From: Nitrospinales bacterium
Lineage (GTDB): Bacteria; Nitrospinota; Nitrospinia; Nitrospinales; VA-1
NCBI GenBank assembly: GCA_965223345.1
Contig: CBDCWG010000012.1
Location: forward strand, 192,001 to 256,000
DNA length: 64,000 nucleotides
Direction of reading: 5' to 3'
The notes under the pieces were generated by a model, which saw only the letters and a program-made list of their open reading frames with translations, did not search any database and was not told the DNA's origin. Position 1 is the first letter of the stretch. Every line of letters starts with the position of its first letter. Of this stretch, positions 18,818-29,126 are shown in pieces. The position numbers were made by a program, and so were the translations under genes.

Positions 18818-21556
18818 TCAGATTTTCCATCCCCGCAGCGCCATCCACTTCAACAGCGCGGGCAGCAGGGTGATGGAGGCGAGCATGCAGCAGCCGACGC
18901 CGATCGACAGCACCAGTCCCAGACTGAAGATGCCCTGATGGTCGGCGACCATCATGCTGCCGAAGCCCGCGATGGTGGTCAGCGCGCTCAGGATCACCGA
19001 CAGGCCGGTGCTTTTCGGGAGCACCGCGTCAGCCGGGTTGCCCTCCTCGCGGAAGCGGTGGATGATGTGGATGCCGTTGACCACGCCGATGCCCAGGATC
19101 AGCGGCAGGATCACCAGGTTGGCGAAATTGAAACGCACGCCTGCAAGATGCATCAGCCCGATGGTCCAGACGAAGCCGACGAGGACGGGAAGGAAGATCA
19201 AAACCGAAGTGCGCGCGTTGCGGAACGTGGCGAGCACGAAGATCAGGATCGCCGTCAACGCATACAGGCCGCCGGTGACGTAGCCCTCTTTCATGAGACG
19301 GCTCGATTCGAACATGTGCACCGCGTTGCCGACCACGCCGTCATCGAGGCCGCGCAGCTCCTGTAAAAATTTCTGCCGCTGATCGATGTCCCAGATATCG
19401 ACGGCGGGAAACACTGAAATCAGAAAACGCCCGTTCTTGCTGACCATCCTTTTTTTCAGCTCGCCGGGCACCTGCTCCACCGTGACCGGCGAGGGGTCGG
19501 CGTTGGCTTTCAGATCGCGCATCTTCTCCCGGTAATCGGCAAACAGCCGCTGATTGAACGCGGTCAACCGCTGCTTCGCCGTGTCGGCATCCACGGTCTT
19601 GAGGCTTGTCCGCACTTTCTGCACCCAGTTCCCCGCTTCCGACACCGCATCCTGCGGCTCTTCCTCTGCCTTGCTGCGCAGCTTGAAGCCGATCCGTTTC
19701 AGGGTGCGCTTCAATGAACCCACGAAAACCGGTTCGTCCTCGGGCGCGACGTCCAGGGCGTTGAGATCCGGCGCGAGGGTGCGGATGGTTTCGATTTTTT
19801 CCTGCTGGTTTTCCGGGATCATGGAGACGACGCTTTCGACGCCGGCGACGGTGGACAGTTCTTTCACGGCCTTGTGTTTCTGCCGCGCCTCTTCCAGCGA
19901 ATCGGCGATCAGCGCCGCCGACCAGGCGGAACGCTTGGCGCTTTCCAGGATTTTCAACTCGTAACGCACCGCTTCGGTGTTTTTCGCCTGCAGGTTGAGC
20001 AGGTTGTAGTCGAAGCGCACGTCCTTGAGCGTCCACGCCGCCGCCGCGAACAGAACCCCGCAGACGACGATGATGGCTGCGTGGTGGCGGTAAAAACCCG
20101 CAAGCCATTTTTTGTTGTCGGCGGCTTGCGCGCCCCGCTCGTAACGGGGTGTGCGCCACCGCTCTTCGATCACCACCAGCGAGGGCAACAGCAGGACCAT
20201 CGCCAGCATGCAGAGCAGGATGCCGCCGCCGGCGATCCAGCCCAGCTCGGCGATGCCGATGAAATCGGTGAGGGTCATGGCGCCGAAAGCGATGGCGGTG
20301 GTGATGGCACCGGCGAAATTGCCTTTCCCGGTACCCTGCAGTGTGACTTTCAATGCGGTGCGTGTGTCGTGTCCGGCCTGCCGTTCCTCTTTGAAGCGTT
20401 CGAGGATGTGGATGCCGAAATCGATCCCCAGACCGATGAGGATGGTGGTGAACACGACGGACAGGATGTTGAGGTGGCCCACGGTGAGCGTGGTGAATCC
20501 CATCGACCAGCACAGCGCGACGATGAGGCAGAAGACCGCCATCAGCGGTTTGACGATGCCGCGGAAGGCGACGATGAAGATCAGCGAAACCCCCGCCAGC
20601 GCGATCAGCGAGGCCTTGCGCACGTCGATCTGGGTGGTGACCATCTCGTCGGAGGCGATCACCTCCTCACCGGTGATGCCGACGCGGACGGTGGGAAACG
20701 ACGCTTTCGTTTCCGCGATCAGGCGGCGTGCGGACTCGACGGATTTTTTGTAGCCGGTGAACACGGCTTTGTCCTCGCTCGGTGTGACGAGGATGAACAG
20801 CAGTTCGCCGTCGCCGGAGGTGAGGTAGCCTTCCTGCTGCAGCGAGGGTTCGTCGTCGGAAAAAAACGAAGACCAGGGCGAACGATAACGGGTGTCCCCG
20901 TTCAGGTGCGCATCCATCTGTTTGAGGAGCGCGATCAGCAGGCTCAAATCCTGCGTGTCATCTTTTTTTGCTTCGGTGGTGCCGAGAAAATCGCCCATCA
21001 GGGTGTCCACCATGCCGGAGCTGATTTCCGCGTTGATGCTTTTCAATAACTGGTTGAGGCCGGGGGCGGCGTTCACGCTGTCGAGAAAATCGCGGTGCTC
21101 GCGGATCTTCTCTCCCAGCTCGACGATGTCTTCGGGGCTCAGGTATAGCAGAGCGCGGGATTTGAAATAGCTCGTGTCTATTTTGTAAAACACGTCCGAG
21201 ATGAGATCGCTGTGTTCGCGGAATTTTTTCACCAGCACCTCGGCGAATTCCTTCTGCCGTTCGGGATCGTCGTCTTCAACCACGATCACCATGCCGTCGA
21301 AATCGGAAAACTCCTCGCGGAATTTTTCGTGGCGCTCAACGTAGGGCAGATCCTTCGCGACCAGATCCCCGCGCCCGGTCTTGAAGGTCAGGCGTTCGGC
21401 GGTCACCCAGGCCGAAAGCACCGCGAGCAGGACGGACATGGCGAGGACGAGATACGAATGCCGGTAGGCGAGACGCTCGATGAGCGTGAACAGACGCACG
21501 AACCACGAGGCGTCGCGGCTCGCTGCGGGTTCGGTGGGTTGTGTTTCAACGGCCAT
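18818..21556 (-). CDS. MMPL/RND transporter, HpnN (hopanoid transporter)-like
   Basis: Two-repeat RND topology; ILIGLGIDFGIH and ILGIGVVNGIHIIHR motifs; FDYNLLNLQ; 912 aa. Confidence 0.85.
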   Translation of the reverse strand: MAVETQPTEPAASRDASWFVRLFTLIERLAYRHSYLVLAMSVLLAVLSAWVTAERLTFKTGRGDLVAKDLPYVERHEKFREEFSDFDGMVIVVEDDDPERQKEFAEVLVKKFREHSDLISDVFYKIDTSYFKSRALLYLSPEDIVELGEKIREHRDFLDSVNAAPGLNQLLKSINAEISSGMVDTLMGDFLGTTEAKKDDTQDLSLLIALLKQMDAHLNGDTRYRSPWSSFFSDDEPSLQQEGYLTSGDGELLFILVTPSEDKAVFTGYKKSVESARRLIAETKASFPTVRVGITGEEVIASDEMVTTQIDVRKASLIALAGVSLIFIVAFRGIVKPLMAVFCLIVALCWSMGFTTLTVGHLNILSVVFTTILIGLGIDFGIHILERFKEERQAGHDTRTALKVTLQGTGKGNFAGAITTAIAFGAMTLTDFIGIAELGWIAGGGILLCMLAMVLLLPSLVVIEERWRTPRYERGAQAADNKKWLAGFYRHHAAIIVVCGVLFAAAAWTLKDVRFDYNLLNLQAKNTEAVRYELKILESAKRSAWSAALIADSLEEARQKHKAVKELSTVAGVESVVSMIPENQQEKIETIRTLAPDLNALDVAPEDEPVFVGSLKRTLKRIGFKLRSKAEEEPQDAVSEAGNWVQKVRTSLKTVDADTAKQRLTAFNQRLFADYREKMRDLKANADPSPVTVEQVPGELKKRMVSKNGRFLISVFPAVDIWDIDQRQKFLQELRGLDDGVVGNAVHMFESSRLMKEGYVTGGLYALTAILIFVLATFRNARTSVLIFLPVLVGFVWTIGLMHLAGVRFNFANLVILPLILGIGVVNGIHIIHRFREEGNPADAVLPKSTGLSVILSALTTIAGFGSMMVADHQGIFSLGLVLSIGVGCCMLASITLLPALLKWMALRGWKI

Positions 21557-21758
21557 GGTGCGGTTGTTCCTTTACGGGTGAACGTGCGCGCGAGCCGTAC
21601 CGGCCGTCACGTCATTCGCAGCATCGGGGTTCCTGTCCATCAAACCACAAAGTTTTTTTTATTACAGGGAAAAAAAGCAAAACGGGCTGGCAGAGAAAAT
21701 GGGGAGCGGCGGGGAAGGAAGGCGCGGGCTTGCGGCGACACGGCACGGCTTTTCGGCG

Positions 21759-22370
21759 TTAAAACCGGAATCCCAGGCTGAAGATGTGCGCGTTGAGGCC
21801 GATGTTGGGCAACTCGATGCCGGCGTTGGAGACGTGGAAAAAACGGTAGTTGAGGGAGACGGAGCCCTCGCCGACGAAATATTCGATCCCCGCTCCGGAA
21901 TGCAGCAGGAACTGAAATTCCGAACCCAGTTCGCGCTGGGCCACGTCCTTCCAGTTGGTGTAGGAGGCCCCCACGCCCATGAGGATGTTCGGCGCCCAGT
22001 TGCGTTTGGGATTGAGGAATTTGTACTGCGCCATCAAGGGGGACACGCCCAGTAGGTATTCGCCGTTGCGGTTGAGCACGGAGGCGAACCCCGCCTCGAC
22101 GTGCCAGAACAGCGAACCCTGGTACCAGGAGCTGCCGATCTGGCCGGTGAGATTTTGCTGGTAGTTGGGAAAGAAAAACAGAAAGCTGAGGTCCGTCCGA
22201 TCGACGCCGCCGGGGATGTCGTCGGTGTACCCCCAGCCCGCATGCACGCCGAAAGAAGAATCGCCTTTTTGGAAGCGCGAGGAACCCGAAGCGTCCTGCG
22301 CCTCGACCCAGGAGGGAAACACGAGCAGCGCGATGAAGAACCAGACCGATTTGACGTTGAATTGCAGCAT
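21759..22370 (-). CDS. Acyloxyacyl hydrolase / PagL-like lipid A deacylase (outer-membrane beta-barrel)
   Basis: Signal peptide; ELGSEFQF; catalytic-type RFFHVSNAGI..PNIGLN; terminal Phe. Confidence 0.82.
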   Translation of the reverse strand: MLQFNVKSVWFFIALLVFPSWVEAQDASGSSRFQKGDSSFGVHAGWGYTDDIPGGVDRTDLSFLFFFPNYQQNLTGQIGSSWYQGSLFWHVEAGFASVLNRNGEYLLGVSPLMAQYKFLNPKRNWAPNILMGVGASYTNWKDVAQRELGSEFQFLLHSGAGIEYFVGEGSVSLNYRFFHVSNAGIELPNIGLNAHIFSLGFRF

Positions 22371-22478
22371 GAAACTTATCAGAACGTTCCTTTGGATACC
22401 CGAAAAATAAAGTTTCAATGGTAGCACAATATCGGAGGGATGCCACAGAAATTCTTGTTTTCCGATAATTTATTAAAT

Positions 22479-22507
22479 TTGTACGGCCTTTTTGCGGATG
22501 CTATAAT
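22479..22507 (+). promoter_or_regulatory. Sigma70-type promoter for tatA
   Basis: TTGTAC-N17-TATAAT with extended TGn, 40 bp upstream of the start. Confidence 0.65.
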
Positions 22508-22547
22508 CGTTTTTTTTCGTTCAAATTCATGAGGAAAGGGCTTCGCT

Positions 22548-22829
22548 ATGATGGGGATCGGTTTTCCAGAATTGATGATCATTCTGGTAATCATCATGAT
22601 CATTTTTGGCGCCGGAAAGCTCCCGGAAATCGGCAGCGCATTCGGCAACAGCATTAAAAACTTCAAAAAATCCATGAAAGAGGCCGAGGAAATCCAGGAA
22701 GAAGCCGACGTCACCGGACAGGTGACCGAGGGAGAAGACAAGGACGCTTCCCAGGAAGAAGGGGACGCCGATCCGGCCAAAACGCAGGAAGATGCGGTCC
22801 CCTCGGCTGAAGAAACCCAGCCCAAATGA
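22548..22829 (+). CDS. tatA: Twin-arginine translocase subunit TatA
   Basis: [39 protein letters not shown]; acidic tail. Confidence 0.95.
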   Translation: MMGIGFPELMIILVIIMIIFGAGKLPEIGSAFGNSIKNFKKSMKEAEEIQEEADVTGQVTEGEDKDASQEEGDADPAKTQEDAVPSAEETQPK

Positions 22830-23038
22830 TCTTAGGCATTCCCCCTCGATCCGGACGGGGATGTCCCCGAGGGCCTGACTCCCCTCTTTTTCTTTGACAC
22901 GGCCCCATTTGATTGAATCGATCCCGTGCCGCGGACATCTTAATTCCGGGCACACCCTGACCGCCGGGGGCTGTTCAGCGGGATGCGGAAAAACCCTTTC
23001 CCCATTCTCACGGTGCTTCCCCGGAAGGGATTTGCTCT

Positions 23039-23668
23039 ATGGCTTTCACTCAAAATAAAGAAGGCAAGGAAGCGGAAAACGAACTGGTCCGCTCCCTGCA
23101 GGAAGGCGATCTCAAGGCGTTCGACAAGCTGGTCGAGCTGTACCAGAAAAAGATCTACGGGCTGAGCTTCAACCTCACCCGCAACGCCATGGACGCGCAG
23201 GACATCACGCAGGAAGTGCTTCTGACCCTGTTCAAAAAAATAAACACGTTCCAGGGACGGTCGGCGTTTTCCAGCTGGGTCTACCGCATCACGTTGAATG
23301 CGGCGTACATGAAACTGCGGAGCAAGAAAAAGGAGCCCAACGTTTCTCTCGACGACCTGCTTCCTTCATACAACAGTTCGGGCTATCAAAAGGACAAGAT
23401 CCAGGACTGGTCGGAAAACACCGATTCTTTGCTGTTCAGCAACGAGACCAAGGAAGTGATTCAAAAAGCCGTGGATCAGCTTCCCGAAAAAGAGAAGGTG
23501 GTGTTCATCCTTCGCGATGTGGACGGCCTGTCTACAGAGAAAGTCAGCGAGATTCTGGATCTGACCATCCCGGCCGTGAAGTCCCGGCTGCACCGGGCCC
23601 GGTTGTTTTTGAGGAAGAAGCTTTCCAATTATTTTGATGAGTATCACTTCCAGGAGAAAAAGAAATGA
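23039..23668 (+). CDS. ECF RNA polymerase sigma factor
   Basis: Region 2 DAQDITQEV..FSSWVYRIT; region 4 LRDVDGLS..TIPAVKSRLHRAR. Confidence 0.93.
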   Translation: MAFTQNKEGKEAENELVRSLQEGDLKAFDKLVELYQKKIYGLSFNLTRNAMDAQDITQEVLLTLFKKINTFQGRSAFSSWVYRITLNAAYMKLRSKKKEPNVSLDDLLPSYNSSGYQKDKIQDWSENTDSLLFSNETKEVIQKAVDQLPEKEKVVFILRDVDGLSTEKVSEILDLTIPAVKSRLHRARLFLRKKLSNYFDEYHFQEKKK

Positions 23669-23904
23669 TGTGCTGTAAAGAATGCCTGGACCTTTTGTCG
23701 GATTATCTGGACGGATCTCTGGATGATTCCACAAGCGCGTCGCTGGAAGAACACTTTCAAGACTGTCCCCCGTGCATCGCTTTTCTCAACACGTACCGCT
23801 CCACCACGCAACTGGCCCGCGATTCTCTGGGACAGATCGAGATCCCGGAAATCGTTCAGCAGAAGCTCAAGGAGTTTTTGAAACTCCACACCCGTAAAAG
23901 TTAA
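23665..23904 (+). CDS. Soluble zinc-finger (zf-HC2) anti-sigma factor
   Basis: C..LLSDYLDG..HFQDCPPC (HxxxCxxC); overlaps the sigma factor stop (ATGA). Confidence 0.9.
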   Translation: MMCCKECLDLLSDYLDGSLDDSTSASLEEHFQDCPPCIAFLNTYRSTTQLARDSLGQIEIPEIVQQKLKEFLKLHTRKS

Positions 23905-24062
23905 CGATCCCACACGTCCCCCGGACGCATCCTCACGACCGCAAGCAGTATGTGCACGCCGGACGCACCGCAAGGCGGCGCAAGCCGGGGATCTTCAAAC
24001 ACTCCGAACCGATTCGTTTTGTTCCGCAACCCGGCAACGCCGTCAATATCGGAATACAATCG

Positions 24063-24091
24063 TTGACAAATGTGGGTTGTTTATCTATAGT
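24063..24091 (+). promoter_or_regulatory. Near-consensus sigma70 promoter
   Basis: TTGACA-N17-TATAGT upstream of the DUF151 gene. Confidence 0.75.
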
Positions 24092-24196
24092 TTTAAAGGT
24101 ATTGTTTTTATAGGATTGAGTTGAATTCCTTTCATTTACCGTGCGTAGCGGCTGCGCCGCGCATGACTTGCCACCCCTCTTTCAGGACAGGACATC

Positions 24197-24685
24197 ATGG
24201 TAGAGATGAAGGTTGAAGGATTGACCCTGGATCCTCTCACCAACATGCCGATCATCATCCTGAAAGATTCCACGGGATCGAAAGCGCTGCCGATCTGGGT
24301 GGGATATTTCGAAGCGAACGCCATCGCGCTCGAAATCGAAAAGATCACCACGCCACGCCCCATGACGCACGATCTCATCCGCAACCTGATCCAGACCATG
24401 AAAGCGGAGATCAACCACATTCTGGTGAACGAGTTGAAGGACAACACGTTCTATGCGGTCATCTCGCTGGTCTCCGGCGGCAACACGGTCACCATCGACT
24501 CGCGGCCCTCGGATGCGATCGCCCTGGCGCTGCGGACCAAATCGCCGATCTACGTCGAGGAGAAGGTGATCGAAGCGGCGAAAAGCCTCGATTTGCCCGA
24601 TCCGGACAAGACCAATATCGACGAGAAAAAGCAATGGAAGGATTGGTTGTCCAATATCAAGCCGGGTGATTTCGGCAAGCTGTAA
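24197..24685 (+). CDS. Bifunctional nuclease family protein (DUF151)
   Basis: LPIWVGYFEANAI, RPMTHDL, IDSRPSDAIALALR. Confidence 0.93.
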   Translation: MVEMKVEGLTLDPLTNMPIIILKDSTGSKALPIWVGYFEANAIALEIEKITTPRPMTHDLIRNLIQTMKAEINHILVNELKDNTFYAVISLVSGGNTVTIDSRPSDAIALALRTKSPIYVEEKVIEAAKSLDLPDPDKTNIDEKKQWKDWLSNIKPGDFGKL

Positions 24686-24850
24686 GCCCTTCCGCGGCAA
24701 CGAAGTTTTTTATTCCCTCCCTGCGATTTTTCCTTATACTACCGAGCGAATATTCAGGACGATGCCGCGTGGCATCGCAACGGTTTGCGCGTGCACCGCG
24801 CGTGCGACGCCGCTCCATTTTTCGAACCGTTCCCGGATCCAGACCATCCC

Positions 24851-25738
24851 GTGAAAAACATCGCCGTCTTTTGCAAACACACACCCTCGGTTGACGGGGA
24901 AGTGGTCCGGGAGCTGGCCCGCTGGCTGCGCGAGCGCGGACTCACCGTGTTCATGGACAAGGACACGGCGGCGCTTCTGGGTGAGGATTCGGGCCACGAC
25001 CGGGCCGACATCCCCGGCAAGGCCGATCTCATCATCGTGCTGGGCGGCGACGGCACGCTGCTCAGTGTTGCGCGCATCGCGCATTCCTTCGACGTTCCCA
25101 TTCTGGCGGTGAACCTGGGCAGCCTGGGTTTTCTCACGGCCATCACGCTGCCGGAAATTTACACGACATTGGAAACGGTGCTGCGCAAGCAATACGAACT
25201 CGACCACCGCATGCTGCTGACGGCCTGCCTGAAACGGGACGGCGCGACGGTGGAGGAGTATCACGTGCTGAACGACGTGGTCATCAACAAAGGCGTGCTC
25301 GCGCGCATCGTCAACCTGCAGGTGCGGGTCAACGGCCAGTACATGACGGCGTACCGCGCGGACGGCCTGATCGTCGCCACACCGACGGGATCGACGGCCT
25401 ACTCGCTGTCGGCGGGCGGTCCCATCATCCATCCCAGCATGCACGCGCTGGTTCTGTGTCCGATCTGCCCGTTCACATTGACCAACCGCCCGATCGTCAT
25501 TCCCGACGGGTCCGTCATCCAGGTGGAACTGACGTCCGAAAAGGAAGACGTGCGCGTGACTCTGGACGGCCAGGAAGGCTGCGACATGATCGCGGGAGAC
25601 GTGCTGGAAATCAAAAAAGCCGCCTCGTCTTTGAAGCTGATTCAACTGCCGGGGAAAAACTACTATCGCCTGCTGCGTAAAAAGCTGCACTGGGGCAGCA
25701 ACGACGACGCCCCACCGGGCTCCGCCCGGCAGGAATAA
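24851..25738 (+). CDS. nadK: NAD kinase
   Basis: LGGDGTLL, NLGSLGFL, LNDVV, DGLIVATPTGSTAYSLSAGGP; GTG start inferred. Confidence 0.96.
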   Translation: MKNIAVFCKHTPSVDGEVVRELARWLRERGLTVFMDKDTAALLGEDSGHDRADIPGKADLIIVLGGDGTLLSVARIAHSFDVPILAVNLGSLGFLTAITLPEIYTTLETVLRKQYELDHRMLLTACLKRDGATVEEYHVLNDVVINKGVLARIVNLQVRVNGQYMTAYRADGLIVATPTGSTAYSLSAGGPIIHPSMHALVLCPICPFTLTNRPIVIPDGSVIQVELTSEKEDVRVTLDGQEGCDMIAGDVLEIKKAASSLKLIQLPGKNYYRLLRKKLHWGSNDDAPPGSARQE

Positions 25739-25915
25739 GCCGGGCTTGTCGAGGCGGACCGGAATGAATCCGGCACAGGATGGTGAAACCCGCTTTGCAA
25801 GCCGGGTGCACAACCGCACTCCGTCATGCCGGAGCAGGACAAAGCAGGAACCGGATATCCACTCCGCTCACCAGCGGAATCTTCTTCGCGATTTTTCTTT
25901 CAACGATCCACGTTC

Positions 25916-26821
25916 ATGAACCAAAGCATCGTCGCCTGCGGCAAGCGTGTGGACATCGGAACCGAAGTGGTTCTGTGGGACGATCCCGCGGGCTTCGTGT
26001 GCCCCAACAAACGCGGCCGCATCGCCTGCACGCAGCACGACCCCATCCTCAACGATCGGCCCACGCAGCCGGACGCGGCCTACGTGCTGCGCGATGCGGA
26101 GCGCGCCTACGAAGAGCTCAAGCAGACGGTGTATCAGTTCCTCGTGCATTACGATGTGTGCTGGTGTTCGTGGCAATGCCACCAGTTGATGAAAGACAGC
26201 ACGTTCAAGGGAAGCCAGTTCTACCTCGACATCGACGGCACCATCTACCAGACCTGCGATCTGTACTGGAAGACCAACACGGGACCGGCCGACGACCGCA
26301 TCGGCAACGAACGCTCGATCCATGTGGAGATGGCCAACCTCTCCTGGGAGGCGTTCGCGGACGAATCGGAACTGTACGGCGTCAAACGCGACCAGTACAA
26401 ACAATCCAACGGCAAGTGGCGGCTGCAGCTGCCCAATGCCTACCGCGACAAACTGCGCCGGCCGGGGTTCAAGCCGGCTCCGGCGCGCGCCTACGGCCAG
26501 CGCGGTTATTTCAGCCGCAGGATCAACGGCCGGTTGGTGCGCATGTGGGATTTCACGGAAGAGCAGTACCAGGCGCTGATCAAGCTCTGCATCGGCGTGA
26601 ACAAACTGCTGCCGAACATCCGGCTCCGGACCCCCTACGACAAAACCACGCGCCGCGTTCCCCTGGACCGTCTGCCGCGTTATTCCACGTTCAAGGGGGT
26701 TCTGGGTCACGCCCACGTGCAAAAAGGCGCCTCAGCGGATCTCAAGCCGAAATACGACCCCGGCTCGGCGTTCGACTGGCCCCGCCTGCGCCGGGCATTC
26801 CTCAAGCAGAGGAAAAAATAA
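25916..26821 (+). CDS. N-acetylmuramoyl-L-alanine amidase (Amidase_2/AmpD-like)
   Basis: LVHYD, DIDGTIYQ, N.RSIHVE, GVLGHAHV, KYDPGSAFDW; no signal peptide seen. Confidence 0.82.
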   Translation: MNQSIVACGKRVDIGTEVVLWDDPAGFVCPNKRGRIACTQHDPILNDRPTQPDAAYVLRDAERAYEELKQTVYQFLVHYDVCWCSWQCHQLMKDSTFKGSQFYLDIDGTIYQTCDLYWKTNTGPADDRIGNERSIHVEMANLSWEAFADESELYGVKRDQYKQSNGKWRLQLPNAYRDKLRRPGFKPAPARAYGQRGYFSRRINGRLVRMWDFTEEQYQALIKLCIGVNKLLPNIRLRTPYDKTTRRVPLDRLPRYSTFKGVLGHAHVQKGASADLKPKYDPGSAFDWPRLRRAFLKQRKK

Positions 26822-26977
26822 TTCCCGCCGGCTGCGACCGCCGGTGGCACGCACCGTTGCAGGCCGTCGCTCGGGCCCTGTAAACGCCCTGTGTTTCGCA
26901 CAAGTGACGGGGTTTCAAACGTTTTAAAAAGGGGTTGACCTCCCCACCTGTTTGGAGATAGCCTTGGATGAACCCCT

Positions 26978-27526
26978 ATGAAAGGTGCCAGCATGACTTT
27001 TTTCTGCAGACAATCCAACGCAACGCACCGGCGCGCGGTGGCGCTAGGCCTCGCTTTTGCAGTGATTTTCGTATTCGCCAGCGCCGCCTTTGCGGAGACG
27101 TTGTATGTGAAAAAATCGGGAACCAAGTTGCAGGCGGCGGATTCACCGAAATCGGACGTGCTGGCCAAGCTGGACGCCGGGACGCCGGTTGAGGTTCTGC
27201 AGCGGGGCAAGAAGTTTTTTCAGGTCTCTGCCGCGGGCAAGAAGGGGTGGATCTTCAAATTCAAACTCACGGCGAAAGCGCCTGCGGCGGGCGGCGGGGA
27301 CGACCTTTTGGGTGCGCTGGGCGGCCGGCAAAAGATCGCCGCGCGCGAATCCTCCTCGGGATCCAGCATCCGCGGTTTGAGCCCGATCGCGGAAAAACGC
27401 GCAAAATCCAAAGGCTCGCCCGAAGCGAACATCCGCGCCGTCAAACAGATGGAAGCGTTCAAGGTGTCCGCCGAGGAGCTGGACCGGTTTCTGCAACAGG
27501 GGAAACTGGGAGAATACGCACAATAA
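26978..27526 (+). CDS. Exported SH3-domain protein
   Basis: Signal peptide ending AFA; SH3b-like LYVK..SDVLAKLDAGTPVEV..KKGWI; SIRGLS motif. Confidence 0.78.
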   Translation: MKGASMTFFCRQSNATHRRAVALGLAFAVIFVFASAAFAETLYVKKSGTKLQAADSPKSDVLAKLDAGTPVEVLQRGKKFFQVSAAGKKGWIFKFKLTAKAPAAGGGDDLLGALGGRQKIAARESSSGSSIRGLSPIAEKRAKSKGSPEANIRAVKQMEAFKVSAEELDRFLQQGKLGEYAQ

Positions 27527-27571
27527 GAGATCGTTTTTCGATGAACGGCTCTTTCATCCCAAGAATAGACG

Positions 27572-28558
27572 ATGACAAAACGAACTGTTAGCATCCTCAC
27601 CGCCGTTGCGGCGTTCACTCTGCTGGGCGTTCAGAGTTCGCATTCGTTCCGCCTGGATGACCTGCTGAAACCGCCGCCGCAAAAACAACCCGAGAAGCAG
27701 CAGGCGGCGCCGGAACAGCAACCGCAACAGCAGCAGGAGAACAGCGGGCAGGAAGGCGGTCTGATCGGCCTGGGTGAATCGCTCGGCATCTTCGATAAAA
27801 AAACTTCCAAGGTTTTGAAGCAGGGCGTGGGGACGCTGCAGGCGTTTCAGCCGATCGGCTATGAAGAGGAAAAAGCCATCGGCGGTTCCCTGGCCATCGA
27901 GGTGTTTGACAAGTTCGGCGGCATGCACACAGACGCCAAGCTGCAGAAATACGTCAACCTGGTGGGCCGTTCCGTCGCGGACGTTTCGGACCGGCCGGAG
28001 ATCGAGTATCATTTCGCCGTCGTGAATACGGACCAGCCCAATGCGTTCGCAGCGCCGGGCGGCTATGTGTTCGTCAGCGTCGGGCTCCTGCGCCTTTTGC
28101 AGAACGAAGCGCAGCTCGCCGGGGTGCTGGGGCACGAGATCGCCCACATCACGCAAAAGCACGCGCTCAGCACGCTACAGCGCAGCAAGGTGCTTTCGGG
28201 GCTCAGCGGCCTCACGATGGCGGCGATGGACAAGGATGCGGGACTGTTCGACAACGTGATCAACGAAGTGTCGAACGTGCTGTTCACGCGCGGCCTGGAC
28301 AAGGAACTGGAATTCGAGGCGGACAAGTTCGGCACCGAGTTCGCGTACCGCATGGGCTACCAGCCCGCCGGTCTCAAGGAGTTTCTCAGCGTGCTCTCAC
28401 AGTCGCGCGCGAGCAACGGTTCCATTTTCCTGAGCACCCATCCCAGCCCGCGGGAACGCAACGCGCGGCTGATGCAGCTGTTGCCGCGCTACCAGGGTGG
28501 CGCGCGCTATCCGATCCTGGCGAACCGCTATCAATCGGTGGTGAAGGGCCGCATATGA
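27572..28558 (+). CDS. M48 family metallopeptidase (exported)
   Basis: PNAFAAPGG, GHEIAH (HExxH), EFEAD, STHP. Confidence 0.92.
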   Translation: MTKRTVSILTAVAAFTLLGVQSSHSFRLDDLLKPPPQKQPEKQQAAPEQQPQQQQENSGQEGGLIGLGESLGIFDKKTSKVLKQGVGTLQAFQPIGYEEEKAIGGSLAIEVFDKFGGMHTDAKLQKYVNLVGRSVADVSDRPEIEYHFAVVNTDQPNAFAAPGGYVFVSVGLLRLLQNEAQLAGVLGHEIAHITQKHALSTLQRSKVLSGLSGLTMAAMDKDAGLFDNVINEVSNVLFTRGLDKELEFEADKFGTEFAYRMGYQPAGLKEFLSVLSQSRASNGSIFLSTHPSPRERNARLMQLLPRYQGGARYPILANRYQSVVKGRI

Positions 28559-29040
28559 AAACGGGACTGTTCCGGGACGAGCTGCCCGGCGAAAAGAAGA
28601 GCATCGTCAACCTGCTGATGACCGGCTACATCGTCAGCATCTCCTGCCTGGGCTACGCGGCGTTTTACATCTTCATCCAGATGGGTCAGCTGGAGCGCAT
28701 CGTCAACACCATCGACGTGCAGACGCAGACTCCGGAGCAGGTCGAGCTTTTGAAAAACCGCATGACCCGCAGCACCGGCCAGTTGAAAAACGAAATCGTC
28801 GGTCTCGCCATTCTCGGCAGCATCGTCTCGGTGATCGGCGGCATCTACACCATCAACATAGTGGTGCGGCCGCTGCGCAAGCTGATCCTCTACACCGAGA
28901 ACAAGGGCAAGGGCGAGCTGCCCGAGATCAAAACCAACAACGAAATCAAGCAGCTCACCACGGCGCTGAGCGCCCTGGGCGACAACCCGCCCGCGAACGG
29001 GTCCGGCCCCGAAAAACCCGCAGAAAAATTCCCCGCCTGA
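28555..29040 (+). CDS. Two-TM membrane protein with HAMP-like domain and no output domain
   Basis: Two hydrophobic helices followed by VVRPLRKL...NEIKQLTTAL; ATGA overlap with the M48 gene. Confidence 0.72.
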   Translation: MKTGLFRDELPGEKKSIVNLLMTGYIVSISCLGYAAFYIFIQMGQLERIVNTIDVQTQTPEQVELLKNRMTRSTGQLKNEIVGLAILGSIVSVIGGIYTINIVVRPLRKLILYTENKGKGELPEIKTNNEIKQLTTALSALGDNPPANGSGPEKPAEKFPA

Positions 29041-29126
29041 TTTTCCGTCATTATTATTTCCAAAACCACGAGTGCGCGCTGAAAAGTTGCAGCGCCGTTG
29101 CCAAAAAGGCAGATCGTCGAGAGCGT

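Noticed and set aside
26158..26182. Heme c motif in the amidase (CWCSWQCH)
   Set aside because: Spacing is CxxxCH, the protein lacks an export signal, and the segment sits within the amidase core
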